64,000 nt of DNA from Halobacillus rhizosphaerae (GTDB lineage: Bacteria; Bacillota; Bacilli; Bacillales; Halobacillaceae). The DNA lies in assembly GCF_046719735.1 (NCBI RefSeq), contig NZ_JAUTWQ010000003.1, positions 30,246 through 94,245 of the forward strand. The letters run 5' to 3'. Each line of letters begins with the position of its first letter. The first letter of the stretch is position 1. Shown here one piece after another: positions 1-9,542 of this stretch. The notes beneath the pieces were generated by a model. The model was not told the DNA's origin. It saw only the letters and a list, made by a program, of their open reading frames with translations, and did no database searches. A program made the translations under genes and the position numbers.

Positions 1-199
1 CGATTTTGTGAATTATTTTTTTGTAACAATGTTGTTCATCCATATAGATAGGATAGGAAAACGATGCTCATTTCCCATGCAACCATATCTCGATACATGC
101 ATCTTCTTTACCAGCCTGCAGCAGGGTTCTAAAGAGTATTTTTACACCATGAAATATTTTATTTCCACCCTATACTGGAGGGTGGTGTATAGATTTCGA

Positions 200-445
200 G
201 AGCAGTCATACAGCTAGGAGCGGAGGGGAACGGGGAGACTCCTGCGGGAGGAGAGTGCAGAATGAGACCCCACAGAGCGAACAGCTCGAGGAGGCTCATC
301 GCGCGCCCGCGGAAAGCGAGTCGTTCCCCGCAGCCTCTAGATTCTCATCAAAAGTCTCGAAATCGAATCTTTCACAATTAAAGTGGACATGTGAGTGTGC
401 CTGCAGATTTGTATGCTTCCTCACCAGTACCATAGTGGGTTAGGC
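200..445. other. GC-rich structured non-coding island (candidate ncRNA or leader; identity unknown)
   Basis: The ~120 bp at 220-340 is strongly GC-rich in an otherwise AT-rich genome. It contains nested complementary segments (CCTGCGGG / CCCGCAG, GAGGCT / AGCCTC). The ORFs 8..217 and 255..443 lack an RBS and have implausible composition. Confidence 0.3.
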
Positions 446-1861
446 TCAAACACGAGCCTTTCTGTTGATCATTTTCTTTTGTAAAGAAAGCATACGAATC
501 AGTAAAAAAACTGCTCCTACTGTTAGACCAATAATCAAGCTCATCCAATAGCCATAGGGACCAAAACTAGTGTAATTAGCAAGCAGATATCCGCTTGGCA
601 AACCGATAACCCAATAAGAGATAAACGCCATAATTAAGGTAATATTCACATCTTTGTAACCGCGCAAAACCCCTTGAATCGGCGCACCAACGGCATCAGA
701 AAGCTGGAAAAATATGGCGTAAAAAATGAAATTTTTCGTTAAAGCAATGACATGTGGATCCGAACTGTATAATTTGGCTACGGAATCATCAAACGTGTAC
801 AAAATCACCCCTGCAAGAATCGAAAGGAGGACAGCCAGAGAAATTCCAATATAAGAATACGTTCTGGCGTCTGTATATCTTTTTCCACCGGCTTCATACC
901 CCACAGCGATAGTAAGGGTAAAAGCAATACTTAATGGCAGCATATAAAGAAAAGATGCAAAATTAATCGCTGCCTGGTGAGCGGCGATGGTAGAAGTATC
1001 AAATGCCGTCATAAAAAAAGTGACTGCAGCAAATATACTGGTTTCAAAGAAAATAGCAAAACCAATAGGAAGACCGATTTGTAACTGCGCCCACCATTCT
1101 TTTAATGAAGGAGTCATCCATTTCTTGAAAATATCATAACTTTTTAAGGGGTGGACCTTTTGGATAACAGCGGCCACGATAATGAATGCCACCCAATAGG
1201 TTAGTGCTGATGCAAGTCCTGCCCCTATGCCTCCTAGAGAGGGGAATCCCCATTTTCCGAAGATGAATACATAGTTGAAGAAGATATTTGTAGGCAGAGT
1301 AAGTAAAATTATGAGCATGGAAATTCTCGTAAGGCCAAGCGCATCAATAAAAGATCGTAGCAGATTAAACATGAACAATGGTATAATTCCGATTCCAAGT
1401 GTGATTAAATAATACTTGGCTACATGACTGACTTCCGGCTCGATATTCATAAGTGAGAGGACTGGATTCAACAGAAAAAAACCAACCACCGCAACGACAA
1501 TAGCGAGAGCAATAGATAAGTAAACACCTTGCTTCACAGCGGGAGCAATTTCTTTTTCCTGTTTTCCACCTTTCAACTGGGCAACGATGGGGGAAATGGC
1601 CATGAGAATTCCGTTCAGCCCCGTGAATACAGGCACCCAGATACTTGAGCCAATGGCCACACCAGCAAGCTGTTCTGGCCCGGCTTTTCCAGACATGACT
1701 GTATCAAAGAAGTTCATCGCATACATCCCAATTTGAGTGATGACAATGGGCAGCAGAATCGTCAGGAATAATTTTATTTTTTGCTTAAATGTGTTTGTTT
1801 CATACATAGGGTTCACCCTTTTTTGGTACAATTCATGTAGAACATGAGGATTATAGCACAA
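446..1861 (-). CDS. MATE family multidrug efflux transporter
   Basis: 471 aa polytopic membrane protein with 12 predicted TM segments. Composition is typical of the NorM/MATE family. Confidence 0.8.
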   Translation of the reverse strand: MCYNPHVLHELYQKRVNPMYETNTFKQKIKLFLTILLPIVITQIGMYAMNFFDTVMSGKAGPEQLAGVAIGSSIWVPVFTGLNGILMAISPIVAQLKGGKQEKEIAPAVKQGVYLSIALAIVVAVVGFFLLNPVLSLMNIEPEVSHVAKYYLITLGIGIIPLFMFNLLRSFIDALGLTRISMLIILLTLPTNIFFNYVFIFGKWGFPSLGGIGAGLASALTYWVAFIIVAAVIQKVHPLKSYDIFKKWMTPSLKEWWAQLQIGLPIGFAIFFETSIFAAVTFFMTAFDTSTIAAHQAAINFASFLYMLPLSIAFTLTIAVGYEAGGKRYTDARTYSYIGISLAVLLSILAGVILYTFDDSVAKLYSSDPHVIALTKNFIFYAIFFQLSDAVGAPIQGVLRGYKDVNITLIMAFISYWVIGLPSGYLLANYTSFGPYGYWMSLIIGLTVGAVFLLIRMLSLQKKMINRKARV

Positions 1862-1913
1862 TTGTGATGGTGAGCCTAGTTAGAATGATTAGAGAAGGGA
1901 CGTTGAAATACCG

Positions 1914-2987
1914 ATGAATACCAAGCGAATATTGTTTACAGGCGGAGGAACTGCAGGACATGTGATCGTGAATCTAGCTCTTATTCCTGAGTTCCAGAAG
2001 CTTGGTTATCAAGTAGATTACATTGGCTCTTACGAAGGAATTGAACGGAAACTTATTGAATCCCAGGAAGGTGTTACGTACCACGCGGTTTCTACGGGAA
2101 AATTGAGAAGATATATGTCAAAAGAGAATTTGAAGGATCCGTTTAAAGTGATGAAAGGTCTCCTGCAATCGATCCGGATTATCCGTAAGAGGAAGCCTCA
2201 GGTCATTTTTTCAAAAGGAGGATTTGTTTCGGTTCCTGTAGTTGCGGCAGCTAAATTGAACAGAGTCCCAGCAATTATCCACGAATCGGACTACACTCCG
2301 GGGCTTGCCAATAAGCTGTCTTTCCCGTTTGCAAAGAAAGTTCTTGCAACATTTCCTGAAACGATGGAGCACCTGCCAAAGGATAAAGCACAGTATATTG
2401 GAGCGGTCGTCCGTGAAGAATTATTTGAAGGTAAACGGGATAAAGGATTGAGAATCTGCGGATTCACTAATGATAAACCCGTGATCATGATCATGGGGGG
2501 AAGTACGGGTTCGAAACGGATTAACGATGCCATTCGGAATAACCTCGATCGTCTTTTAAAGGAAGTGCAGATCCTTCATATTTGCGGGCAAGGGAACCAG
2601 GATGCTTCCATCAAGAGAGAGGGTTACGTACAGTTTGACTATGTAAATGAGGAACTCAAGGACTTATTTGCAGCAAGTGACTACATTATTTCCAGGGCAG
2701 GATCGAATGCCATTTTTGAATTCCTTGCCTTGCGTAAACCGATGCTGCTCATCCCTCTCTCGCGAAAAGCCAGTCGAGGCGACCAAATATTAAATGCGGA
2801 TTCCTTTGTAAAGCAAGGGTATGCCAGGAAATTAGAAGAAGAAGAGTTGACGGAGGAGAGCTTACTAGCGGAGATTAAAAAGCTAATGAGCGAAAAAAAC
2901 GAGCTGCTTGAGCATATGAAGAATTATCAGAGTGAAAAAACAAAAGACCGCGTAGTTGAGATCATTCAGGCAGCAAAGAAATCATAA
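1914..2987 (+). CDS. MurG-like GT28 glycosyltransferase (undecaprenyl-PP-MurNAc-pentapeptide GlcNAc transferase paralog)
   Basis: The N-terminus ILFTGGGTAGHV matches the MurG G-loop, and the protein has the two-domain GT-B length. It is divergently arranged with the MATE gene. Confidence 0.75.
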   Translation: MNTKRILFTGGGTAGHVIVNLALIPEFQKLGYQVDYIGSYEGIERKLIESQEGVTYHAVSTGKLRRYMSKENLKDPFKVMKGLLQSIRIIRKRKPQVIFSKGGFVSVPVVAAAKLNRVPAIIHESDYTPGLANKLSFPFAKKVLATFPETMEHLPKDKAQYIGAVVREELFEGKRDKGLRICGFTNDKPVIMIMGGSTGSKRINDAIRNNLDRLLKEVQILHICGQGNQDASIKREGYVQFDYVNEELKDLFAASDYIISRAGSNAIFEFLALRKPMLLIPLSRKASRGDQILNADSFVKQGYARKLEEEELTEESLLAEIKKLMSEKNELLEHMKNYQSEKTKDRVVEIIQAAKKS

Positions 2988-2994
2988 ACCCTTA

Positions 2995-3029
2995 CCGCTG
3001 AGAGATCTCATCCTCAGCGGTTTCTTCTT
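2995..3029 (+). terminator. rho-independent terminator
   Basis: Hairpin CCGCTGAGAG...CTCAGCGG followed by TTTCTTCTT. Confidence 0.7.
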
Positions 3030-3146
3030 ATGAAAAATAATTGCGTAGACAGCAGAAGGCGGTTTCAAATACTTAGAATTACCGACGTTATGCGTTACAA
3101 TAGATTGGAATCTATTATTACATTTTTTTGAGCAGGAGTAGATAAA

Positions 3147-3503
3147 GTGAAACCAATAATTTGCCGTTATTGTTCTAAAGAAATTCGGGATCGAGATGAA
3201 CTTGTCACTGCTTCCAATTGGTTTCGAATCCGTCCCTATCATTTTCGGTGTTTTAGCTTACTTGAACAAGATACAAAAACAGTCGCTGGTGCTTGGACGC
3301 CGATTAATGGCAGAACCGGCTTAGTTACGGTACTGATCATGGTGGTATTATCTATCGTTATGCTTGGTACAAGTTTGTTAGGAGGAATTGGTGATTTAAT
3401 AGGGATTTTAGCTTTGTATCCAGTATTATTACGGTTGATCTCATTTATAACCATTGAGAGCAGACTGCCGAAGTTTGTGGAAGATAAAAAGCCTCCACAA
3501 TAG
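3147..3503 (+). CDS. hypothetical membrane protein with N-terminal Cys pair motif
   Basis: 118 aa with CRYC...C motifs followed by two hydrophobic helices. Start inferred from the ORF track. Confidence 0.35.
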   Translation: MKPIICRYCSKEIRDRDELVTASNWFRIRPYHFRCFSLLEQDTKTVAGAWTPINGRTGLVTVLIMVVLSIVMLGTSLLGGIGDLIGILALYPVLLRLISFITIESRLPKFVEDKKPPQ

Positions 3504-3661
3504 TTTTTTCGTCTCCATTTTTGGACTCCTCTCTTTAGCCTGGCAGGAATTATAAGGAAAGGAGTCGAATGAAATTAAGGAGGACAAGATGGGGCATAGA
3601 TTGCATTCTAGTAACTAGGTGCTCACATTTAATAATAAATATTTATCTGGAGGCGTTATAG

Positions 3662-4426
3662 ATGAGTAAGATGGGTTTGCAGCTTTATTCGATTAAAGAA
3701 GAAGTGGAGAAAGATTTCCTGGGCACTGTAGCTAAAGCTGCCGATATGGGATATGATGGCGTTCAATTTGCCGGGTTCTTTGACACCCCAGCCGAGCAAG
3801 TACGAGACCTGTTAAATGAAAAAGGAATCGAGGCAGCAGGTGCCCATATTGGAATAGATCAGTTAAGAGGAGACCAGCTCGCTGAAACCCTCGAGTACAA
3901 TAAAACGATTAATAATTCTCTCATTATTTGTCCTTATATTCCTGAGGAAATGAGACAAAGCGGAGATGATTACCGTAAGCTTGCTGAATTATTAAATGAG
4001 ATTGGTGCTGCCTGTCTTCAGGAAGGCTTTACTTTTGCTTATCACAACCATGCATTTGAATTTGAAAAGTATGGAGATAAAACAGGTTTTGAAATTCTTT
4101 ATAAGAATACGGACCCTGCCTACGTGAAAATGGAGCTGGATTGTTTCTGGGCGCTGTATGCTGGATATGACCCGAATGATATTATTCAGACGTATGGCGA
4201 TCGCGTTGTTTCTTTACATATTAAAGATATAAAGAAACAAGGGAATGAGAATGTTAGCACGGAGATTGGAAATGGACACTTGGACATAGAGGAGATTATT
4301 AAAACGAGCAATGATCATTTAGTGAAATGGTTTGTTATCGAACAAGAACATTACGAAATAGATCAAATGGAAAGCACAAAAATGAATGCAGACAACCTGA
4401 AAAAAATGCTCGTGTCCGCCAAGTAG
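3662..4426 (+). CDS. sugar phosphate isomerase/epimerase (xylose-isomerase-like TIM barrel)
   Basis: 254 aa with TIM-barrel signature segments (HNHAFEFE, ELDCFW, SLHIKD). Confidence 0.65.
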   Translation: MSKMGLQLYSIKEEVEKDFLGTVAKAADMGYDGVQFAGFFDTPAEQVRDLLNEKGIEAAGAHIGIDQLRGDQLAETLEYNKTINNSLIICPYIPEEMRQSGDDYRKLAELLNEIGAACLQEGFTFAYHNHAFEFEKYGDKTGFEILYKNTDPAYVKMELDCFWALYAGYDPNDIIQTYGDRVVSLHIKDIKKQGNENVSTEIGNGHLDIEEIIKTSNDHLVKWFVIEQEHYEIDQMESTKMNADNLKKMLVSAK

Positions 4427-4570
4427 TTTTCTGCAAAAACAAAGACCGTGATAAAACTAGGCGGGAAGCGAAATAGCAGCCTATTAGAAATAATGGCCCT
4501 GGCACAATTGGAAAGTGTGTCAGTCACATCATTGCTGTATACTGAAAAAGGGTGAAATAATTTATTAAAT

Positions 4571-4612
4571 AACCCGAACCTTTCATTAACAGGGGTTCGG
4601 GTTTTCTATGTT
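4571..4612 (+). terminator. rho-independent terminator
   Basis: Hairpin AACCCGAACC...GGTTCGGGTT followed by a T-run. Confidence 0.7.
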
Positions 4613-4613
4613 T

Positions 4614-4765
4614 AGATCTAAACGCTTCTCTCCTCTTTTGATCCTCCAGTTGCGAGTCGCAGATCCACGCGGTTCTATGCCATCGACTTCCCGAGGGGGA
4701 GTGCGCCCCTCTTACAGCCGCTGACTTAGCCCAGGGGATCTAAACGCTCCTCTCCGCTTTTATTC
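4614..4765. repeat. pair of imperfect ~29-bp direct repeats flanking a ~95-bp GC-rich hairpin-containing core
   Basis: AGATCTAAACGCTTCTCTCCTCTTTTGAT sits at 4614-4642 and GGATCTAAACGCTCCTCTCCGCTTTTATT at 4737-4765. The core contains GAGGGGGAGTGCGCCCCTC. Confidence 0.4.
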
Positions 4766-4874
4766 TTTCTTGCAGGGGTTGTTATTTTGTGGTAATGTAA
4801 TTTTCGTTGCTTCGAATATCTGCAAGGGCTTGTTTCAACGTCATTCCGTTTAAATGAGGAAGGGAGAATGACAA

Positions 4875-7151
4875 ATGACTGACAACCACCCTGATTTAGA
4901 TCAAGAGCTTGAAAGACTTTCTTTTACTAAAGCGTATATGGACCATTTAATTACGGCGCAGGAAGCAGACCAGGAAACCCTTAAGAAACGTCAGGAAGAT
5001 ACGCTTAGTAAATTGGACTTTAAGGACAGCAGCCTTCGTTATCAAGAGATGCTGGCTCATTCCAATTTTATGAAGATGTCTAAAGATCAGCTTGAGAACC
5101 TCAAACATCTACGAAAGAAACCTTATTTTGCCCGCATTGATTACCATCGAAAAGAAAAACCAGACCAGGAAGTATTCTACATCGGTAAAGTTTCATTATT
5201 TGACCGGGAAACCCAGCAGCCCATTATCCTTGACTGGCGTTCGCCGCTTGCGAATGTCTATTATGAAGGCCGTCTTGGAGAGGTAAGCTACGAAGCTCAC
5301 GGTGAACGATATGAGGGAGCGTTATCATTAAAGCGCCAATACCAAATTGAGGACGGAGAGCTGCATGATTTTAGGGATATTGACGTTACCACTAAAGATG
5401 AACTGCTGCAAGACTCCTTATCCCAAAATGCTGAAAGCCGTCTGACTGAAATAGTTTCCACGATTCAAGAAGAACAGAACCGAGTGATACGTGCAGACCT
5501 TAGAAGACCCATTATTGTTCAGGGAGCAGCAGGAAGCGGCAAAACAACCATTGCTTTACACCGTATCTCTTACTTTCTATACTCCATGAGAGACATATTC
5601 AAACCTGAAGAAATGCTGATTCTTGCCCCTAACCGTTTATTCATCCAGTATATTTCAGAAGTATTGCCAGAGCTTGGGGTTGAAAAAGCCAGGCAGACGA
5701 CCTTTAGTGATTTTGTCAGAGAAGTCACGGGAATTCATTGGCCGGTCGACAGTCAGCAGGCAACTCTCATGAAGGCGATTGAATCGGAAGAACCTCAGGA
5801 AGATTCGATTGCCTTGTGGATGGCAGGCTATAAAGGATCGAAGGAATTCAAACAGCTGCTCGACCGCTATATACAAATTCTTAAGAAAAAATACTTAGTA
5901 GACCAGGACTTTATGATGGGTGAATTTAAAATAAAAAGCGGGAAAGCCATTAAACGGTTATTTATTAAAGAATACAACTATTTCCCTTATGAAGTCCGAG
6001 TTCAGAAGATAAAATCCATTCTCCAAAGTGAATTACGAAGGAAGAAGAAACAGATTCTCTCCAAGGTCGCTGCCAAATACGATCAAGAACTAGATAAAGC
6101 ACTCTTTGGAATGACTGACCCGGCTAAGAGAAAAACGCGGGTCAGCTTTCTCATTACTCGCAAGGAAGAGAAACTAAATGAAATAAAAAAGGAAGCGCGT
6201 ACGGCCGTTTCCAAATATATGAAACAGTATCCTAAGTTGAAATTAACAGAAGTATATCAAGAATTATTCAGTGAATCTGTCTTTTCTTCTCTATTGGAAG
6301 AGGATTCGGAATCAATAAGGGAAATGCGAAAGCTCACCAGCTCCTATTTAAAGCAGAGACAGCTCTCTTCTGAGGACCTTGCAGCCCTGCTTTATCTGAA
6401 GTCGTTTATCACTGGAATTGCGAAAGAAGATCAAGCGAAGAAAGTAGTGATTGACGAAGCACAGGATTACAGTTATTTAGAAATTTATAGCTTAAGGCGT
6501 GCCTTTCAAACAGATTTATTCACAATTGTCGGCGACTTAGCTCAGGGAATTTACCGTTACCGTGGATTAAAGCACTGGGATCAATTAAAAGAAGATGTTT
6601 TTCACAAAGTAAATTACTTAACTTTGCAAAAAACGTATCGAACGACCATTGAGATTATGAATGCTGCGAATGAACTGCTCATGCTTATGCCTGATAATCT
6701 ACCCAAAGCAGAACCGGTAGTCCGGCATGGGGAAAAGCCCTTATTTCTTGAGAAACAAGCAGATTGGATGGAACGCTTCTCCGAGCTTCTACATCACCTG
6801 GAAGAACAGAAGATGACTAGTTATGCGATCGTTACGAAGACAAAACAAGAAGCAGTTCAGGCGGCAGAAGAGCTTAAGGAAGCGGGACATGATTTTCAGG
6901 CTTTTCACGAAGAGCAGGGAATGAGTAATCGGATGATTTTACCAGCCTATTTGGCAAAAGGGCTGGAATTTGATGTGGTATTTTTATATTGCGATCAATA
7001 TCCCTACAGACTTACAGAATTAGATATTAAAATGCTGTATGTAGCGATGACCCGACCGCTGCATTCGCTTTTTTTTATCGGAAATGAGCCAGCTGACTTT
7101 TTACTAACTCACCTGGATTCATCTTTGTATCATACCGATGCCCAGGTTTAA
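4875..7151 (+). CDS. UvrD/HelD-like superfamily I DNA helicase (helicase IV-like)
   Basis: Walker A GAAGSGKTT, a UvrD-like central region and the C-terminal motif LYVAMTRP. Confidence 0.8.
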   Translation: MTDNHPDLDQELERLSFTKAYMDHLITAQEADQETLKKRQEDTLSKLDFKDSSLRYQEMLAHSNFMKMSKDQLENLKHLRKKPYFARIDYHRKEKPDQEVFYIGKVSLFDRETQQPIILDWRSPLANVYYEGRLGEVSYEAHGERYEGALSLKRQYQIEDGELHDFRDIDVTTKDELLQDSLSQNAESRLTEIVSTIQEEQNRVIRADLRRPIIVQGAAGSGKTTIALHRISYFLYSMRDIFKPEEMLILAPNRLFIQYISEVLPELGVEKARQTTFSDFVREVTGIHWPVDSQQATLMKAIESEEPQEDSIALWMAGYKGSKEFKQLLDRYIQILKKKYLVDQDFMMGEFKIKSGKAIKRLFIKEYNYFPYEVRVQKIKSILQSELRRKKKQILSKVAAKYDQELDKALFGMTDPAKRKTRVSFLITRKEEKLNEIKKEARTAVSKYMKQYPKLKLTEVYQELFSESVFSSLLEEDSESIREMRKLTSSYLKQRQLSSEDLAALLYLKSFITGIAKEDQAKKVVIDEAQDYSYLEIYSLRRAFQTDLFTIVGDLAQGIYRYRGLKHWDQLKEDVFHKVNYLTLQKTYRTTIEIMNAANELLMLMPDNLPKAEPVVRHGEKPLFLEKQADWMERFSELLHHLEEQKMTSYAIVTKTKQEAVQAAEELKEAGHDFQAFHEEQGMSNRMILPAYLAKGLEFDVVFLYCDQYPYRLTELDIKMLYVAMTRPLHSLFFIGNEPADFLLTHLDSSLYHTDAQV

Positions 7152-7212
7152 ATCGGGGCATCTTCAGGGTACTTAACTCTGTAGAGCTATTTATTAAAGG
7201 AGTGTATATATC

Positions 7213-8037
7213 ATGAGTTTAACGGATACAGCAACCTTGAAAAATGGAGTGAAAATGCCCCAGGTAGGACTTGGAGTTTATAAAATGGAAGATGGGAATG
7301 AAGTTGTAAAAGCAGTTAAATCTGCATTGGATCTTGGCTATCGTCATATTGATACGGCTTCGTTCTACGATAATGAAGAAGGCGTTGGTCAGGCGATTCT
7401 GGAAAGTAAAATCCCTCGTGAAGAGTTATTTATTACCACTAAAGTCTGGAACGATGAGCAAGGCTATGAGGAAACTTTACAGGCGTTCGATCGCAGTCTG
7501 AATAAGCTAGGAATTGAGTACCTTGATCTTTATTTGATCCACTGGCCAGTAGGTGGGAAATATAAAGAAACATGGAAGGCACTCGAGAAGCTTTATAAAG
7601 ACGGAAAAGTGAAAGCTATTGGTGTTTGCAACTTTATGGAACATCATCTTGAAGACTTAATAAAAGATGCTGAGGTTAAGCCAATGGTCAACCAGGTAGA
7701 ATTTCATCCGGAACTTTACCAGAAAGATTTGGCAGAGTACTGCCGGCAGAATGAAATTCAATTAGAAGCCTGGGCGCCACTAGGAAGAGGGAAATATTTT
7801 GATGCGGCGATTTTAAAAGAACTTGCGGATAAATATAATAAAACACCTGCGCAGATTATCTTAAAATGGGACTTGCAGCACGGAATTGTGACGATCCCTA
7901 AATCATCTAATAAAGATCGTCAGGCACAAAATGCTGACCTCTATGATTTCGAACTAACGGATGAGGAAATCCAGCAGATTAATGAACTTCATAAGGATAA
8001 TCGGATCGGCTTCCACCCTGATGAATTCAATTCCTAA
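7213..8037 (+). CDS. aldo/keto reductase (glyoxal/methylglyoxal reductase-like)
   Basis: AKR signatures GYRHIDTA, LIHWP and IPKSS over a 274 aa length. Confidence 0.85.
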   Translation: MSLTDTATLKNGVKMPQVGLGVYKMEDGNEVVKAVKSALDLGYRHIDTASFYDNEEGVGQAILESKIPREELFITTKVWNDEQGYEETLQAFDRSLNKLGIEYLDLYLIHWPVGGKYKETWKALEKLYKDGKVKAIGVCNFMEHHLEDLIKDAEVKPMVNQVEFHPELYQKDLAEYCRQNEIQLEAWAPLGRGKYFDAAILKELADKYNKTPAQIILKWDLQHGIVTIPKSSNKDRQAQNADLYDFELTDEEIQQINELHKDNRIGFHPDEFNS

Positions 8038-8045
8038 TTGGTATA

Positions 8046-8090
8046 AAAAATCCTGCAGAGAAAATGATTTCTCTGCAGGATTTTTATTTA
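8046..8090. terminator. bidirectional rho-independent terminator between convergent genes
   Basis: Perfect hairpin AATCCTGCAGAGAAA...TTTCTCTGCAGGATT flanked by A-run and T-run. Confidence 0.75.
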
Positions 8091-8178
8091 GTTCACATTG
8101 TTGTTTATCCGACCCCCCTTACAGGACCGGGCATTGTCCGGAAGGGGACTCGGCTTACAGGTAACTCAGGTTATAAAA

Positions 8179-9018
8179 TTATTCAGTTGGAAACCCGGAT
8201 CCCTGAAGCAGCTCTTCTGTAGATGCCGCTAATAAATCTTCAGTATGAAGGGATGGATGCCGTTTCATATAAGCATGTATAATGCGGTAGCCAAGGTGGT
8301 AGCCCATCCATTTAGGGAGCCGGCGCGTTCCGTTTCCATATAAATAAATTTGATGATGGTCTAAGCCTTTTCTTGAAAGCTGGTGCAGGAACTCTTTATT
8401 CCAGCAATCAAGAGCCTGTTCTTCCGAATATAATGAAGTCCAAGGGGCAAGCCACTCGTCACCGCACTGTTCCTTGACTGCGTATTCGCCTATCCCTTCC
8501 ATGATAATAGAGTCGCTTAAAGTGAGTTCTTGCAGTTCAGTCTGGCCAGATGCCAGCCGGCAGACATGGCTGTACTCATGCGCGAGGAGCGCTTTTATTT
8601 CCTCTTTGTTCACGTACGGAGATAAGAACAAAAATATAACTTCTTTATAAGCGAGTCCATTCTTTTTTACAGCTTGTTTTCTTGTTGCCTGCTGCGCTTT
8701 TTTAATGGGAAAAATATAAATCGGAATGTCTGGCCCCTTCCATTTTCTTTTCAGGAGTTTGTATTCCCTTTCTACAAACCTCCATAGCTGCAATTCCTCC
8801 ATTTTATTCAGCGTGTGCAGAAGATGATTTCTCTCTTCTGGTTCAAAAAGACCTTGCTCCAGCAGATTATAGTGAATTTCTTCTCTATGTACATGCGGAA
8901 ACAACGATTTTAATGGTTTAGCGACCACATCACATTGAATAAAGTACCATTGCGATCGTGGGGCTCGTTTACTCTTTTCAACATACGTACGGATCATATC
9001 TTGAGTGGGTATCAACAT
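8179..9018 (-). CDS. DUF2268-like putative Zn-dependent protease
   Basis: HExxH motif (AHEYSHV) in a ~280 aa soluble protein. Confidence 0.5.
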   Translation of the reverse strand: MLIPTQDMIRTYVEKSKRAPRSQWYFIQCDVVAKPLKSLFPHVHREEIHYNLLEQGLFEPEERNHLLHTLNKMEELQLWRFVEREYKLLKRKWKGPDIPIYIFPIKKAQQATRKQAVKKNGLAYKEVIFLFLSPYVNKEEIKALLAHEYSHVCRLASGQTELQELTLSDSIIMEGIGEYAVKEQCGDEWLAPWTSLYSEEQALDCWNKEFLHQLSRKGLDHHQIYLYGNGTRRLPKWMGYHLGYRIIHAYMKRHPSLHTEDLLAASTEELLQGSGFPTE

Positions 9019-9177
9019 AGAACGTCTCTCCTTTACTTAAAACCATTCTATGCTTCACTAAGAGAAAATTATGAACAAATTGATGCTATAAGCAATCGTC
9101 CATACCATTCCCTCTATTGGACATATACTAACAGCACATATCATTTTTATGTGACTTTGACATAGAGGAGGATACGC

Positions 9178-9420
9178 ATGCCGTACGGAGATCTTTATGG
9201 ACGCTGCAGACAGTTTCATGGCAGACCAGTCAGAATTGCTTGTCATGATGGAAGAACGCATCTAGGTGAAGTTACTAGAGTAGACAGGGATCGAGTTTGG
9301 ATTCGTCCGTTGAACGGAAATCGTGGTTTTGGATATGGTTATTATGGATGGGGTTATGGTTATCCCGTTGCTTTTGCTGCAATAGCAACGATTGCAGTCG
9401 CTTCACTATTTTTTTGGTAA
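9178..9420 (+). CDS. small Gly/Tyr-rich protein with C-terminal hydrophobic segment
   Basis: GYGYYGWGYGY low-complexity segment plus a terminal TM helix. RBS GGAGGA lies 6 nt upstream. Confidence 0.4.
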   Translation: MPYGDLYGRCRQFHGRPVRIACHDGRTHLGEVTRVDRDRVWIRPLNGNRGFGYGYYGWGYGYPVAFAAIATIAVASLFFW

Positions 9421-9510
9421 AATCATGGATTCAAATATAAGGGCACGAGAGTCTTTCGCTTATATTTGATCATTGACCTTACAAAGGCCGACCTTTTTTG
9501 TTTTTTGGCA

Positions 9511-9542
9511 AGTTGAAAAGCCTCGCTGTCAAGCGAGGCTTA
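9511..9542 (-). terminator. rho-independent terminator of ger operon
   Basis: Hairpin AAGCCTCGCT...AGCGAGGCTT followed on the minus strand by TTTTCAACTT. It overlaps the gerC-like stop codon. Confidence 0.65.

Noticed and set aside
8-443. Plus-strand ORFs 8..217 and 255..443 as protein-coding genes
   Set aside because: No RBS. They are GC-rich, low-complexity translations, and they overlap a region better explained as structured non-coding sequence.
2291-3454. Minus-strand ORFs 2291..2533, 2982..3242 and 3239..3454
   Set aside because: Antisense to, or overlapping, the well-supported MurG-like and membrane-protein genes. No RBS. The 2982..3242 ORF spans a terminator.
5092-5876. ORFs 5092..5286(+) and 5655..5876(-) inside the helicase gene
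   Set aside because: Embedded in or antisense to an 758-aa conserved helicase frame.
7961-9261. ORFs 7961..8164(+), 8935..9165(+) and 9058..9261(-)
   Set aside because: They run through terminator hairpins or antisense to flanking genes. No translation signals.
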